A DNA stretch of 64,000 nt from an uncultured Clostridium sp. (GTDB lineage Bacteria > Bacillota > Clostridia > Clostridiales > Clostridiaceae): assembly GCA_934746785.1 (NCBI GenBank), contig CAKVFO010000001.1:16967-80966 (forward strand). The letters run 5' to 3'. This document shows, piece by piece, positions 9,855 through 20,169 of this stretch. Under the pieces are notes generated by a model. The model was not told the origin of the DNA. It did not search any database and saw only the letters and a program-made list of their open reading frames with translations. Position numbers and translations under genes: made by a program. Position 1 is the first letter of the stretch, and each line of letters begins with the position of its first letter.

Positions 9855-12086
9855 ATGAAAAATGTTACTGCCTTATGTGAATTTGCTTTAGAAGCAATAG
9901 AAGATAATGAGGGGATTTATATACAAGAAAGATTAATAGAGGCTTTAGACCATATTATAAGGCCAAATATGAATATGGCTGAAATAAGAGATTCGTTAAT
10001 ACAGATATCTTTAGAGTTAACTACAGATATGGAGCCAAAGTGGCAATATGCAGCTTCAAGATTATATGTTCAAAAGTTACATGATGAAGTAAGAAGAAAT
10101 AGAGGATTAAATAAGGAAGAAAATCTTTATTCTAACTTATATGCATTTATAAAGGAATTAACTGATAAGAATTTATACGGAAGATATATATTAGAAAATT
10201 ACTCTAAAGAAGATATAGCTGAATTAGAAAAAGAGTTAAAGCCTGAAAGAGATTATTTATTCACATATAGCGGTATAAATCTACTAAGTAAAAGATATTT
10301 AATTCATGATTTTAATAAAAATACAGTGGAATTGCCACAGCAGATGTTTATGGGGATTGCTATGCATTTAGCTATTCCTGAAAAGAAAGAAAATAGAGTT
10401 AAGTGGACAAAGAGATTTTATGATGTTCTAAGTACTTTAAGAGCTACTATGGCAACTCCTACTATGAGTAATGCTAGAAAGCCTTTTTATCAATTAAGTT
10501 CATGTTTTATAGATACAGTTCAAGATAGTTTGACTGGAATTTATAAGTCACTTGATAACTTTGCTGAAGTATCAAAGTTTGGTGGTGGAATGGGAATTTA
10601 TCTTGGAAAGGTAAGAGCTTTAGGTTCACCAATTAGAGGGTTTAAAGGAGCTTCAGGAGGAGTTATTCCATGGATTAAATTATTTAATGATACAGCAATT
10701 GCAGTAGATCAGCTTGGAGTTAGAAATGGTTCTGTTTCAATATGGCTTGATGCATGGCATAAAGATTTACCTGAGTTTTTACAAATTAGAACTAATAATG
10801 GTGATGATAGAAAGAAAGCTCATGATGTGTTCCCAGGTATATGTTATCCAGATTTATTTTGGCGTCTTGCAGAAACTGATATAGATGCTGATTGGTATAT
10901 GATGTGCCCTCATGAAATAAAGACTATAAAGGGATATTCTCTTGAAGATTTTTATGGAGCTGAATGGGAAGAAAAGTATTATGAATGTGTTAATGATGAC
11001 AGAATAACTAAGAAGGTTATGTCAGTTAAAGATATAGTTAGATTAATTATAAAGAGTGCAGCAGAAACAGGAACTCCTTTTGCATTCTATAGAGATGCTG
11101 CAAATGAGATGAACCCTAATAAACATGCAGGTATGATTTATTCTTCAAATCTTTGTACAGAAATTATGCAGAATATGAGTGAACTAAATGTGGAAAACAC
11201 AGAAATTGTTGATGAAAATGGGGATAAAGTTATAGTGCAAAAAATGAAGTCTGGAGATTTTGTTGTATGTAATTTATCTTCAATAGTTTTAGGAAATGTT
11301 GATGTATTAAAGGATAAAGAACTTGAGTATGTAGTTGAAACGCAGATTAGAGCTATGGACAATGTTATAGATTTAAATTATTATTCAGTTCCATATGCAG
11401 AGATAACTAATAAGAAGTATAGAGGTATAGGTTTTGGAACTTCAGGTTACCATCATATGCTTGTAAATAACAGAATTCATTGGACTTCTGATGAGCATGC
11501 TGAGTTTACTGATAAAGTTTATGAAAGAATAAATTATCATGCAATAAAAGCAAGTATGAATATAGCTAAGGAAAAGGGTAGATATTCTATGTTTGAAGGT
11601 TCTGACTGGGATAATGGAGATTATTTTAAAAGAAGAGGATATACTTCAGAGGAATGGATAGCTCTTAAGGAAGATGTTAAGAAGTATGGAATGAGAAATG
11701 GATACTTAATGGCAGTAGCACCTAATGGTTCAACAGCAACTATAGCAGGAACTAGCGAAGGTGTTGATCCAGTTATGTCTAGATTCTATTTAGAAGAAAA
11801 GAAGGGAAGTATAATTCCTAAAACGGCACCAGGACTTTGTGATGATAATTATTGGTATTATAATTCAGCTTATAATATAAGTCAGGATTGGTGTGTGAAG
11901 ATTAATGGAATAAGACAAAGACATATAGATCAAGGTCAGTCGTTTAATTTATATATAACAACGGATTATACAATGAGACAGATAATGAATCTTTATATAG
12001 AAGCTTGTAAGTGCAAGGTCAAATCTATATATTATGTTAGAAGTAAATCTCTTACAGTTGGAGATTGTGAAAGTTGTTCTGCTTAG
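9855..12086 (+). CDS. Ribonucleoside-diphosphate reductase, large (alpha) subunit, class I, with no ATP-cone evident
   Basis: Active-site-region motifs SSCFI, NLCTEI and APNGSTA are present, and the C-terminal Cys pair CESCSA. The start is moved to ATG 9855, 9 nt after GGAGGG at 9841-9846. The ORF track starts at 9834. Confidence 0.9.
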   Translation: MKNVTALCEFALEAIEDNEGIYIQERLIEALDHIIRPNMNMAEIRDSLIQISLELTTDMEPKWQYAASRLYVQKLHDEVRRNRGLNKEENLYSNLYAFIKELTDKNLYGRYILENYSKEDIAELEKELKPERDYLFTYSGINLLSKRYLIHDFNKNTVELPQQMFMGIAMHLAIPEKKENRVKWTKRFYDVLSTLRATMATPTMSNARKPFYQLSSCFIDTVQDSLTGIYKSLDNFAEVSKFGGGMGIYLGKVRALGSPIRGFKGASGGVIPWIKLFNDTAIAVDQLGVRNGSVSIWLDAWHKDLPEFLQIRTNNGDDRKKAHDVFPGICYPDLFWRLAETDIDADWYMMCPHEIKTIKGYSLEDFYGAEWEEKYYECVNDDRITKKVMSVKDIVRLIIKSAAETGTPFAFYRDAANEMNPNKHAGMIYSSNLCTEIMQNMSELNVENTEIVDENGDKVIVQKMKSGDFVVCNLSSIVLGNVDVLKDKELEYVVETQIRAMDNVIDLNYYSVPYAEITNKKYRGIGFGTSGYHHMLVNNRIHWTSDEHAEFTDKVYERINYHAIKASMNIAKEKGRYSMFEGSDWDNGDYFKRRGYTSEEWIALKEDVKKYGMRNGYLMAVAPNGSTATIAGTSEGVDPVMSRFYLEEKKGSIIPKTAPGLCDDNYWYYNSAYNISQDWCVKINGIRQRHIDQGQSFNLYITTDYTMRQIMNLYIEACKCKVKSIYYVRSKSLTVGDCESCSA

Positions 12087-12098
12087 GAGGATATAAAA

Positions 12099-13133
12099 AT
12101 GGATATAAAGAGAAAACCACTATTTAATGAATTTGGTGATATAGAATTAAGTAAAAAGAGAATGATTAATGGTAATACTACAAACCTTAATGATTTTAAT
12201 AATATGAAATATCCTTGGGTAAGTGATTGGTACAGACAGGCAATGAATAACTTTTGGATTCCAGAAGAAATTAATCTTGCTCAAGATTTAAAGGATTATG
12301 GAAAGCTTTCTGAGAGTGAGAGAACAGCTTATGATAAGATACTTTCATTCTTAATATTTTTAGATTCTATTCAGACGGCAAATTTAGGGAATATTTCAAA
12401 TTATATAACAGCTAGTGAAGTTAACTTATGCCTTACTATTCAAGCTTTTCATGAAGCTCTACATTCTCAGAGTTATAGCTATATGTTAGATACTATATGT
12501 TCACCTGAAAAGAGAAATGAAATATTGTATCAGTGGAAAGATGATGAGGTTCTTTTAAGGAGAAATAAATTTATTGGGGATTTATATAATAACTTTCTTG
12601 AAAATCCAAATAAAAGGAATTTAGTTAAGACAATTATGGCTAACTATATTTTAGAAGGAATATATTTTTATTCAGGATTTATGTTTTTCTATAACTTAGA
12701 GAGAAATGGTAAGATGGCTGGTTCTGCTCAAGAGATAAGATATATAAATAGGGATGAAAATACTCATCTTTGGTTGTTTAGAAACATAATTACTGAACTT
12801 CAGAATGAAGAGCCTGAATTATTTGATGAAGAAATGAAAAGAGAGCTAATAGACATGATGGTTACAGGGGTAGAAAATGAGATAGATTGGGGTAATTATG
12901 TCATAGGAGATACAGTACAAGGAATTAATAAAAAATTGATAAATGATTATATAAAATATTTAGGAAATTTAAGGTTAACAGCTATAGGATTGCCAAAAGT
13001 GTTTAAAAATATAGAAGAAAATCCAGCAAAATGGGTTGATCAACTAGCAGATGCTAATTCAGTAAAAACTGATTTCTTTGAAGGAAAATCAACGGCTTAT
13101 GCAAAGTCAGCTGTACTTATTGATGACCTATAA
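12099..13133 (+). CDS. Ribonucleoside-diphosphate reductase, small (beta) subunit
   Basis: Di-iron/tyrosyl radical motifs EALHSQSYSYM and RDENTHL are present. It sits 12 nt after the alpha subunit and has its own GGAGGA RBS. Confidence 0.9.
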   Translation: MDIKRKPLFNEFGDIELSKKRMINGNTTNLNDFNNMKYPWVSDWYRQAMNNFWIPEEINLAQDLKDYGKLSESERTAYDKILSFLIFLDSIQTANLGNISNYITASEVNLCLTIQAFHEALHSQSYSYMLDTICSPEKRNEILYQWKDDEVLLRRNKFIGDLYNNFLENPNKRNLVKTIMANYILEGIYFYSGFMFFYNLERNGKMAGSAQEIRYINRDENTHLWLFRNIITELQNEEPELFDEEMKRELIDMMVTGVENEIDWGNYVIGDTVQGINKKLINDYIKYLGNLRLTAIGLPKVFKNIEENPAKWVDQLADANSVKTDFFEGKSTAYAKSAVLIDDL

Positions 13134-13387
13134 TTTCATTTTTATTCGATGATTCAAACATACGTATAGAGTTAAAATAGAGAACTTATTATACTCTCAT
13201 TACAAATTTAATTTCTTATCGAATAAAAAATAAAATGAAGTTTCTGTTAACATGTAAAAAAATGTGTTATAATATTTGGGTGAACTTATAAAAAGGTTTA
13301 CTATAATGGGAACTTTAAAGAACATAAAAAAATATTTTTTAATCAAAGTTTTATTAAATATATTATTGTTGAGGAGGATCATTGATC

Positions 13388-15007
13388 ATGAAAAAAGGTA
13401 TTGCCGCTTCTAAAGGATATGCAATAGGAAAAGTATTTGTACAAGAACATGAAGAAATAGTAATCACTGATGCAAAGGTGTCAGATGTAGCTGCAGAACA
13501 AGCAAAATTAAAAACCGCTTTAGATGCTTCTAGAGAACAATTAGAAAATATAAAAGCTAAAGCAGCAGCAGAAATGGGCGAAGAAAAAGCAGCAGTTTTT
13601 GAAGCTCACATTACATTACTAGATGACCCTGAATTTACAGGTGCAATGAATCTTGAAATAGAAAATAATTCTATCAATGCTATGAAAGCTGTTGAAAATG
13701 TAACAAACACTTTTGTTATGATATTCGAATCTATGGAAGATGCTTATATGAGAGAAAGAGCAGCTGATATTAAGGACGTTTCAAAGAGAATAATCTCAAA
13801 TTTAGCAGGTAAAGGCGGAGATGCATTTGCAATAACTGAAGCAAACACTATAGTTGTTGCTCACGATTTAACTCCATCAGACACAGCTCAATTAGACAGA
13901 ACTAAAGTTATCGGATTTATGACTAACATCGGAGGTAGAACTTCACATGCAGCTATTATGGCTAGAACACTAGAGATACCAGCTGTATTAGGTTTAGGTG
14001 ATATAACTGATTCTGTTAAAAATGGTGATACAGTTATCTTAGATGGTATTACAGGTGATGTAATAATCAATCCATCAGAAGAAGTAATAGCTGAATATAA
14101 AGCTAAGAAAGAAAAGTTTACAGCTGAACAAGAAGAGTTAAAGAAATTAATAGATGTTAAAACTACTACTAAATCAGGTAAAAGAGTAGAAGTATGTGGT
14201 AACATCGGTAAGCCAGAAGATGTACTTGGTGTAATAGCTAACGGTGGAGACGGTGTTGGTTTATTCAGAACTGAGTTCTTATACATGGACAGAGATAATG
14301 CTCCAACTGAAGAAGAACAATATGAAAGCTACAAGTTTGTTCTTGAAAAAATGGAAGGTAAGCAAGTTGTAATCAGAACTCTTGATATCGGAGGAGATAA
14401 GACTTTACCATACTTACCATTACCAGAAGAAATGAACCCATTCTTAGGATATAGAGCAATAAGACTTTGCTTAGACAGAAAAGAATTATTCAAGGTTCAA
14501 TTAAGAGCATTATTAAGAGCTTCTGTATACGGTAAGCTTTGCGTTATGTTCCCAATGATTTCAGGAATTCAAGAATTCATGCAAGCTAAAGAAATCGTTG
14601 AAGAATGTAAGGCTGAATTAAAGGCTGAAGGAAAAGAATACTCAGATACTATTCAATGGGGTATCATGGTTGAAATTCCAGCAGCGGCAGTTATGGCTGA
14701 TGAATTAGCTAAGCACGTTGATTTCTTCTCAATAGGAACTAACGACTTAATTCAATATACATTAGCAGCTGACAGAATGAGTGAAAAGGTATCTTACCTA
14801 TACAACCCAATGCATCCAGCTGTATTAAGACTTATAAAGATGACTATTGATGGAGCTCACAAACACGGTAAGTGGGTTGGAATGTGTGGAGAAATGGCAG
14901 GAGACGAAGCTGCTATACCAACATTAGTAGAATACGGATTAGACGAATTCTCAATGAGCGCAACATCAATATTAACAGCTAAGAAGATAATATTAGATCA
15001 AGAATAA
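13388..15007 (+). CDS. ptsI: Phosphoenolpyruvate-protein phosphotransferase (PTS enzyme I)
   Basis: The phospho-His region GGRTSHAAIMAR is present, with LFRTEFLYM and a PEP-utilizing C-terminal domain (GMCGEMAGD). ATG 13388 lies 9 nt after GGAGGA. High-expression codon usage. Confidence 0.95.
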   Translation: MKKGIAASKGYAIGKVFVQEHEEIVITDAKVSDVAAEQAKLKTALDASREQLENIKAKAAAEMGEEKAAVFEAHITLLDDPEFTGAMNLEIENNSINAMKAVENVTNTFVMIFESMEDAYMRERAADIKDVSKRIISNLAGKGGDAFAITEANTIVVAHDLTPSDTAQLDRTKVIGFMTNIGGRTSHAAIMARTLEIPAVLGLGDITDSVKNGDTVILDGITGDVIINPSEEVIAEYKAKKEKFTAEQEELKKLIDVKTTTKSGKRVEVCGNIGKPEDVLGVIANGGDGVGLFRTEFLYMDRDNAPTEEEQYESYKFVLEKMEGKQVVIRTLDIGGDKTLPYLPLPEEMNPFLGYRAIRLCLDRKELFKVQLRALLRASVYGKLCVMFPMISGIQEFMQAKEIVEECKAELKAEGKEYSDTIQWGIMVEIPAAAVMADELAKHVDFFSIGTNDLIQYTLAADRMSEKVSYLYNPMHPAVLRLIKMTIDGAHKHGKWVGMCGEMAGDEAAIPTLVEYGLDEFSMSATSILTAKKIILDQE

Positions 15008-15036
15008 TTTTATAGATATATATTTATAAAAGTAAA

Positions 15037-15080
15037 AAACCTCACTATAACAGTTTTTAATTGTTATAGTGAGGTTTTTG
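15037..15080 (+). terminator. Rho-independent terminator of ptsI
   Basis: AAACCTCACTATAACA (15037-15052) pairs with TGTTATAGTGAGGTTT (15062-15077), followed by a T-run. Confidence 0.8.
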
Positions 15081-15190
15081 ATTTGATTTACAAAACAATG
15101 AAATAAATTACATTAAAAGTAAAAAGTGATATAATTAACTTAGGGTTGGGTGCATTACTTATTAAAAATTATAAAGGGGTGAGGAGTAGA

Positions 15191-16117
15191 ATGAGAGAGA
15201 TTGTTAGATGTAGAAATATAAAAAAGAAAATGAATAAAACTATCATCTTAAATTCTATAAATATGACTGTTTATGAGGGGGATATTTATGGATTTTTAGG
15301 TCCTAATGGAGCAGGAAAGAGTACAACTATTAAGGCTATGCTTGATTTAATGAATATAGATGATGGAGAAATTAGAATAAATAATTTTGATGTTAAAAAT
15401 GAAAGGATAAAAGCACTACAGTCAGTAGGAGCAATGGTTGAAGCTCCAAGTTTTTATTCATATCTTTCGGGTTATAAGAATCTAGTTTTATATGGAGAAT
15501 TATATAATGTAAAAAAAGATAGAGTTATGGAAGTTTTAAAAATGGTAGGACTTGAAAAGGATAAGGATAAGAAAGTAAGTAAGTATTCAGTAGGAATGAA
15601 ACAAAGACTAGCCATTGCAAGAGCCTTTTTAAATAGACCTAAAGTAGTAATATTAGATGAACCTACAAATGGACTAGATCCTCAAGGAGTAGTTGAAATA
15701 AGAAATTTAATAAAATCATTAAAGGAAAAAGAAAAGGTAACTTTTATATTATGTTCTCACATTTTAAACGAAGTTCAAGGTCTTTGTAATAGAATTGCTA
15801 TAATTAATCATGGTGAGGTTATAGTAGAAGGAGAATTAGATGAATTATTAAATGAAAATGGGCAGACTCTGATAATAGAAACTAAAGAATGTGATAAGGT
15901 TAGAAATTTATTATCTAAAGTTTCTGAAGTTGAAAAGATAGTTGAAGTTGAAAAGGGATTAAAAGTTATAAGTAATGATGATATATATTTAAAAGTAAAT
16001 AAATTAATCCTTAATAACAATATTGAATTTAGTGAAATAAAGAAAGAGGAAGTATCTTTAGAATCATTTTTCTTATCTAAAGTAGACGAGGCTAACAAGA
16101 ATGCAGCGAATTATTAA
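15191..16117 (+). CDS. ABC transporter ATP-binding protein (ABC-2/DrrA-like)
   Basis: Walker A GPNGAGKST, signature YSVGMKQRL and Walker B VVILDEPTNGLD are present. The start is moved to ATG 15191, after a GGTGAGGAG RBS. Confidence 0.9.
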   Translation: MREIVRCRNIKKKMNKTIILNSINMTVYEGDIYGFLGPNGAGKSTTIKAMLDLMNIDDGEIRINNFDVKNERIKALQSVGAMVEAPSFYSYLSGYKNLVLYGELYNVKKDRVMEVLKMVGLEKDKDKKVSKYSVGMKQRLAIARAFLNRPKVVILDEPTNGLDPQGVVEIRNLIKSLKEKEKVTFILCSHILNEVQGLCNRIAIINHGEVIVEGELDELLNENGQTLIIETKECDKVRNLLSKVSEVEKIVEVEKGLKVISNDDIYLKVNKLILNNNIEFSEIKKEEVSLESFFLSKVDEANKNAANY

Positions 16118-16817
16118 AAGTGAATTTATAAAATTTATTAATGGTTATATGGGCATTATTTTACTTAGTTTAATATTAGGTATGGAATTTATATATATTA
16201 TAGTAGGACTAAATGACAGTGGTTCTGTTATAGAAAATGTGGGAACAGAGGCTATGATTAAAATTTTAAGTCAATATATATTATATGTTCTGCCTATATT
16301 CATAATTATATTTACGTCATATATTACAGCCTATGATTATAAAAATGGAACTGCTAAGTTTTCATTAATTTCAAATATAAGTCGTTCTCAATTTATAATG
16401 GGGAAAATGATATTCATTTTATTATTAGTTGTAAGTTCATTAATAGTATCTTTTCTAACTAGTTTTTTGATAGTTAAAATATTGGGATTTGCTAATATTA
16501 ATATATTAGAGGTGTTAAAAGCCTATTTGTATTGTATACCTGCTTTAACTGGAATAGGTTTTTTAATTACTTTAATTTCAATAATATTAGATGACTTTCA
16601 GAACAGTATAATATGTGGTATATTTATGTACTTTTTAATGATAGTTCTAGATGTAGCAACTAAAGCAGGCGGTTATTTTACGTTAACATCATCTATAATT
16701 TTAGGATATAGCAGCGGCATGGATAGTGAAGCTTATATGATTACAGCGTTAGTATATATAGTTATCACATTTGTAATAAATATAGTATTTATAAATAGAA
16801 AGGATATAATGTTATGA
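16101..16817 (+). CDS. ABC-2 type transporter permease
   Basis: 238-aa polytopic membrane protein with ~6 TM segments. Its start overlaps the ATPase stop and its stop overlaps the next permease. Confidence 0.75.
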   Translation: MQRIIKSEFIKFINGYMGIILLSLILGMEFIYIIVGLNDSGSVIENVGTEAMIKILSQYILYVLPIFIIIFTSYITAYDYKNGTAKFSLISNISRSQFIMGKMIFILLLVVSSLIVSFLTSFLIVKILGFANINILEVLKAYLYCIPALTGIGFLITLISIILDDFQNSIICGIFMYFLMIVLDVATKAGGYFTLTSSIILGYSSGMDSEAYMITALVYIVITFVINIVFINRKDIML

Positions 16818-17626
16818 ATACAATGAAGGTTGCGAAACAGGAAGTTATTAAATTTATGCATCAAAAGAAGTTTATATTTTTGTTAATAGTATTTGTTATA
16901 TGCACATATATGATGGGTAACTGGATGGGAGATTTGATTGTTAAGATAAAAACTGAAACCTTAACTTCTGATATGGCTGATACTTTTAAGAATTTTTTAT
17001 TATCTTTAAATGGGGTTAGTTTTTCACATTATGTATGTCAGAATTTTATCTATAGAGATATGTTCCCTATATTTTTAATATTTATAAGCCTTATTGTTAT
17101 TTCATCAGTGAGTGATGATTATGAAGATGGAACTATGAAGTTTATACTAATTTCAAAGGTAAATAAAAAGGAACTTATTATGGGGAAGATGTTTGGAATA
17201 CTTTTTATAATAGCAGGAAGCACGTTAGTTTTTTTAATAGTATCAGTACTATTTGGAATATATAAATTTGGTATTACAGGAATTAATTTTGCTGATTGTT
17301 TAAGTTTAATATATTATTATGCAATAAGTCTTATACCAGAGATGGCATGGAGCCTATTATTGGTACTTATATGCCTGCTAATTAGAAATAAATTAGTAGT
17401 TACTTTTGCAAGCATTATTGGGGTTATACTTTTAAGTAATATAGATCGTTTAACAGTAACTAAAGGTTTTTCGCCAATAGGAATAATTCAAACATATACT
17501 AAGTTAAAGATTGAAGAAGTTAATATAAACAATACTATATTAGGGTTGGTTGTACCGATTATTTATATTGCATTATGTGCATTTATTTCTATAAGAAAAT
17601 TCAAAAAAGAAGACATTTTGTTATAG
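16814..17626 (+). CDS. ABC-2 type transporter permease, second subunit
   Basis: 270-aa polytopic membrane protein joined to the upstream permease by an ATGA overlap. It shares the motif DDYEDGTMKF with its neighbour's YDYKNGTAKF. Confidence 0.75.
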   Translation: MNTMKVAKQEVIKFMHQKKFIFLLIVFVICTYMMGNWMGDLIVKIKTETLTSDMADTFKNFLLSLNGVSFSHYVCQNFIYRDMFPIFLIFISLIVISSVSDDYEDGTMKFILISKVNKKELIMGKMFGILFIIAGSTLVFLIVSVLFGIYKFGITGINFADCLSLIYYYAISLIPEMAWSLLLVLICLLIRNKLVVTFASIIGVILLSNIDRLTVTKGFSPIGIIQTYTKLKIEEVNINNTILGLVVPIIYIALCAFISIRKFKKEDILL

Positions 17627-17825
17627 TTAAAAGTAAATTGTTTATAAAACAGATAATTAAAAATGTTCAAAGAATGGTGGGGATTTATAAGATTTTCATC
17701 TTTTTTTTCGTTTGTCAGGAGTAAAAGAGTAAGAGAGTAAAAGAATATATACTCTTTTACTCTTATATTCTTAAATCATAGGGTATAATAAATATAGACT
17801 ATAGATAAGGTTGCAGGAGGAATTT

Positions 17826-18359
17826 ATGAAGAAGTTATTAAAGATGTTTTTAGTATTTTTAAAAATAGGAGCTTTTACTTTTGGTGGAGGATATGCCATG
17901 ATTCCTCTTATTGAAGAAGAGATAGTTAATAAAAATAAGTGGGTAGATAAAGATGAGTTTGTAGATATGCTTGTAGTTGCTCAAAGCCTTCCTGGACCTC
18001 TGGCATTAAACTGTTCAGGTTTTGTTGGAGATAAAATAGCAGGGCTTTTAGGTCAGGTAATAGCTGTCCTTGGAATTACTCTTCCATCTTTCTCAATAAT
18101 ACTCCTTATAGCTGCCTGCTTTATGAAGTTTAGGGAAAACTATTATGTTAATCTTGTCTTTAAAGGTATATCAGCAGCAGTGCCAATGCTTGTACTTGTA
18201 GGAGTAGTAAGTATGGCTAAGAACGTAAAAAGAAATGTGGAAAATGTTTTGATATGTGCTGTGGCTTTATTTCTTCTTATAGTGTTAAAAATTAGTCCAG
18301 TATATGTGACTATTGGTGGAGCTATTTATGGAATGATTTTTTTTAGGAAGAGGGTATAG
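17826..18359 (+). CDS. Chromate transporter family protein (ChrA half-size, N-type)
   Basis: FTFGGGYAMIPLIEEEIV and SLPGP motifs are present. ATG 17826 follows a GCAGGAGG RBS. Confidence 0.85.
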   Translation: MKKLLKMFLVFLKIGAFTFGGGYAMIPLIEEEIVNKNKWVDKDEFVDMLVVAQSLPGPLALNCSGFVGDKIAGLLGQVIAVLGITLPSFSIILLIAACFMKFRENYYVNLVFKGISAAVPMLVLVGVVSMAKNVKRNVENVLICAVALFLLIVLKISPVYVTIGGAIYGMIFFRKRV

Positions 18360-18361
18360 AT

Positions 18362-18898
18362 ATGAACATACTTATACAATTATTTTTAGTTTTCTTTAAA
18401 ATAGGTGCCTTTAGTTTTGGTGGAGGCTATGCTATGATTCCTTTTATTCAGAAGGAAGTAATAGAAAGAAAGGGCTGGATAGATATAGGCAACTTTGTAG
18501 ATATAATTGGGATATCTCAAATGACTCCTGGACCTGTAGCTGTCAATTCAGCAACATTCATAGGATATAGAGTAAGTGGAATGTTAGGAAGTATGTTTGC
18601 AACTTTAGGTATAACAGCTGTTTCTTTTATCTTGATAGCAGTTACAAGCAAACTTATAAATAAGTTTAAAGAATCAAAAACATTAAACTCAGCTCTTTTA
18701 GGAATGAGACCAGTTTTAATTGCTTTAATAATAAATGCATTTTTTTCTTTAGCTAAGACTTCCTATACAGATATAAAATCTATTATAATAACATTGATAA
18801 TAGGTGCATGCTTGTTTACTAAAAAGGTGCATCCTATTTTAACTATTGGTATAGCAGCAGTATTTGGAATAATTATGTGGGGAGGATTCTTGGGTTGA
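18362..18898 (+). CDS. Chromate transporter family protein (ChrA half-size, C-type)
   Basis: FSFGGGYAMIPFIQKEVI and MTPGP motifs are present. It begins 2 nt after the first half. Confidence 0.85.
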   Translation: MNILIQLFLVFFKIGAFSFGGGYAMIPFIQKEVIERKGWIDIGNFVDIIGISQMTPGPVAVNSATFIGYRVSGMLGSMFATLGITAVSFILIAVTSKLINKFKESKTLNSALLGMRPVLIALIINAFFSLAKTSYTDIKSIIITLIIGACLFTKKVHPILTIGIAAVFGIIMWGGFLG

Positions 18899-20166
18899 AA
18901 ACTAATAAAAAGAAAAATAAGGATTATTTAAAAGCAGTTGAGTACTATGATAAAGGTGAACTTGATAAGGCTATAAAGTTGTGTGATGAATGTATTTCAC
19001 AAAACTTAAAGAATGGATCTGCTTTAAATTTAAAAGGATTAATATTATATATTAAAGGTGATTTAGAAGGCGCAAGGGCCCAATGGAAGATTAATTCTGA
19101 TTATAATGATGATACTATTGCTAAGAATTATTTGTTTGATTCTCTTAAGGATGCAGAGAGGTTAAAGTTATATAGAGAGGCAAAGTATGACATAAAAGAA
19201 ATAAGAATAAATGAAGCTATGAAAAAACTTTCTGTATGTAAAGAAAGTGATTTTAATTCAATAAAGGTTAATTTAGCATTAGCAGTATGCTGTTTTAGAA
19301 AAGCAGATTATTCGGGGTGTAGTGTATATTTAGCAAATGTATTATCGATGGATAAGAGGAATGAAACAGCTATAAAGCTTGCAAAAGATTTAAAGACATA
19401 TGATGGAGTTAAATTAAATGTAAGTTCAGATAAAGGCTATTTAAAATATATTGCAATAGGAGCAATGCTTTTAATTCTAGTTACTGCTGGTGGATTTACA
19501 GTTAAAAAATTATTAACAAAAAACAATGGGAAAATAGATAATATAGAAGCATCTGAACTAATAGAAGATAAAGAGGACAAGCCACAGGAAGAAATAGTGG
19601 AAAATGTGAATGATAGTGAGGATAAAGGTGAAACTAAAGTTGAAGAAACAATTAATTTCACTGAATTATCAAAGTTAATAAATGAAAAGAAATATGATGA
19701 TGTATATGATAAACTTCAAAAGGTGAATCCAAATTCATTAGCAGGACAAGAAAAGAGTATTTATTATAATGGCAAACAACTATTGACTAAAGATGGAGTA
19801 GAGTACTTTTATAAAAAAGGATATGACTTATATACAAAGAAACTTTTTGCAGAGGCTAGTGAAGAGTTTACTAAAGGATGTACATATGGAAAGGAAAATT
19901 ATTTATATCAACATTTAGTGTTTTTCAATGCAGCGTGTTATGAGGCGATTGAAGATTCAGATAAAGCTATTAAATATTATGAAGAATACTATAAGAATTT
20001 CAAGGAATCTGATTATATAGCAGAATGTATTTATAAACTTGCAATACTTTATAAAAATAAAGATATTGATAAATCGATAAAATATGCTGAGGAGTTAAAG
20101 TATGATTATTCATCATCAATGTATAATAATGATGTCATTTCTAATTTGATAGCCAGTGTAAAATAG
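18877..20166 (+). CDS. TPR-repeat protein with one central TM segment
   Basis: TPR-like repeats lie on both sides of a TM helix (YIAIGAMLLILVTAGGFTV), with an acidic linker. The true start may be TTG 18895, 8 nt after GGAGGA at 18881-18886. Confidence 0.7.
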   Translation: MGRILGLKTNKKKNKDYLKAVEYYDKGELDKAIKLCDECISQNLKNGSALNLKGLILYIKGDLEGARAQWKINSDYNDDTIAKNYLFDSLKDAERLKLYREAKYDIKEIRINEAMKKLSVCKESDFNSIKVNLALAVCCFRKADYSGCSVYLANVLSMDKRNETAIKLAKDLKTYDGVKLNVSSDKGYLKYIAIGAMLLILVTAGGFTVKKLLTKNNGKIDNIEASELIEDKEDKPQEEIVENVNDSEDKGETKVEETINFTELSKLINEKKYDDVYDKLQKVNPNSLAGQEKSIYYNGKQLLTKDGVEYFYKKGYDLYTKKLFAEASEEFTKGCTYGKENYLYQHLVFFNAACYEAIEDSDKAIKYYEEYYKNFKESDYIAECIYKLAILYKNKDIDKSIKYAEELKYDYSSSMYNNDVISNLIASVK

Positions 20167-20169
20167 GAA

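Noticed and set aside
17733-17763. AT-rich hairpin AGAGTAAAAGA-N8-TCTTTTACTCT, with an adjacent GTAAAAGAGTAAGAGAGTAAAAGA direct repeat, upstream of the chromate-transporter genes.
   Set aside because: The stem is low in information content (11 bp, almost all A/T). There is no U-tract, no recognisable riboswitch features and no regulator gene nearby, so the evidence is too weak to call.
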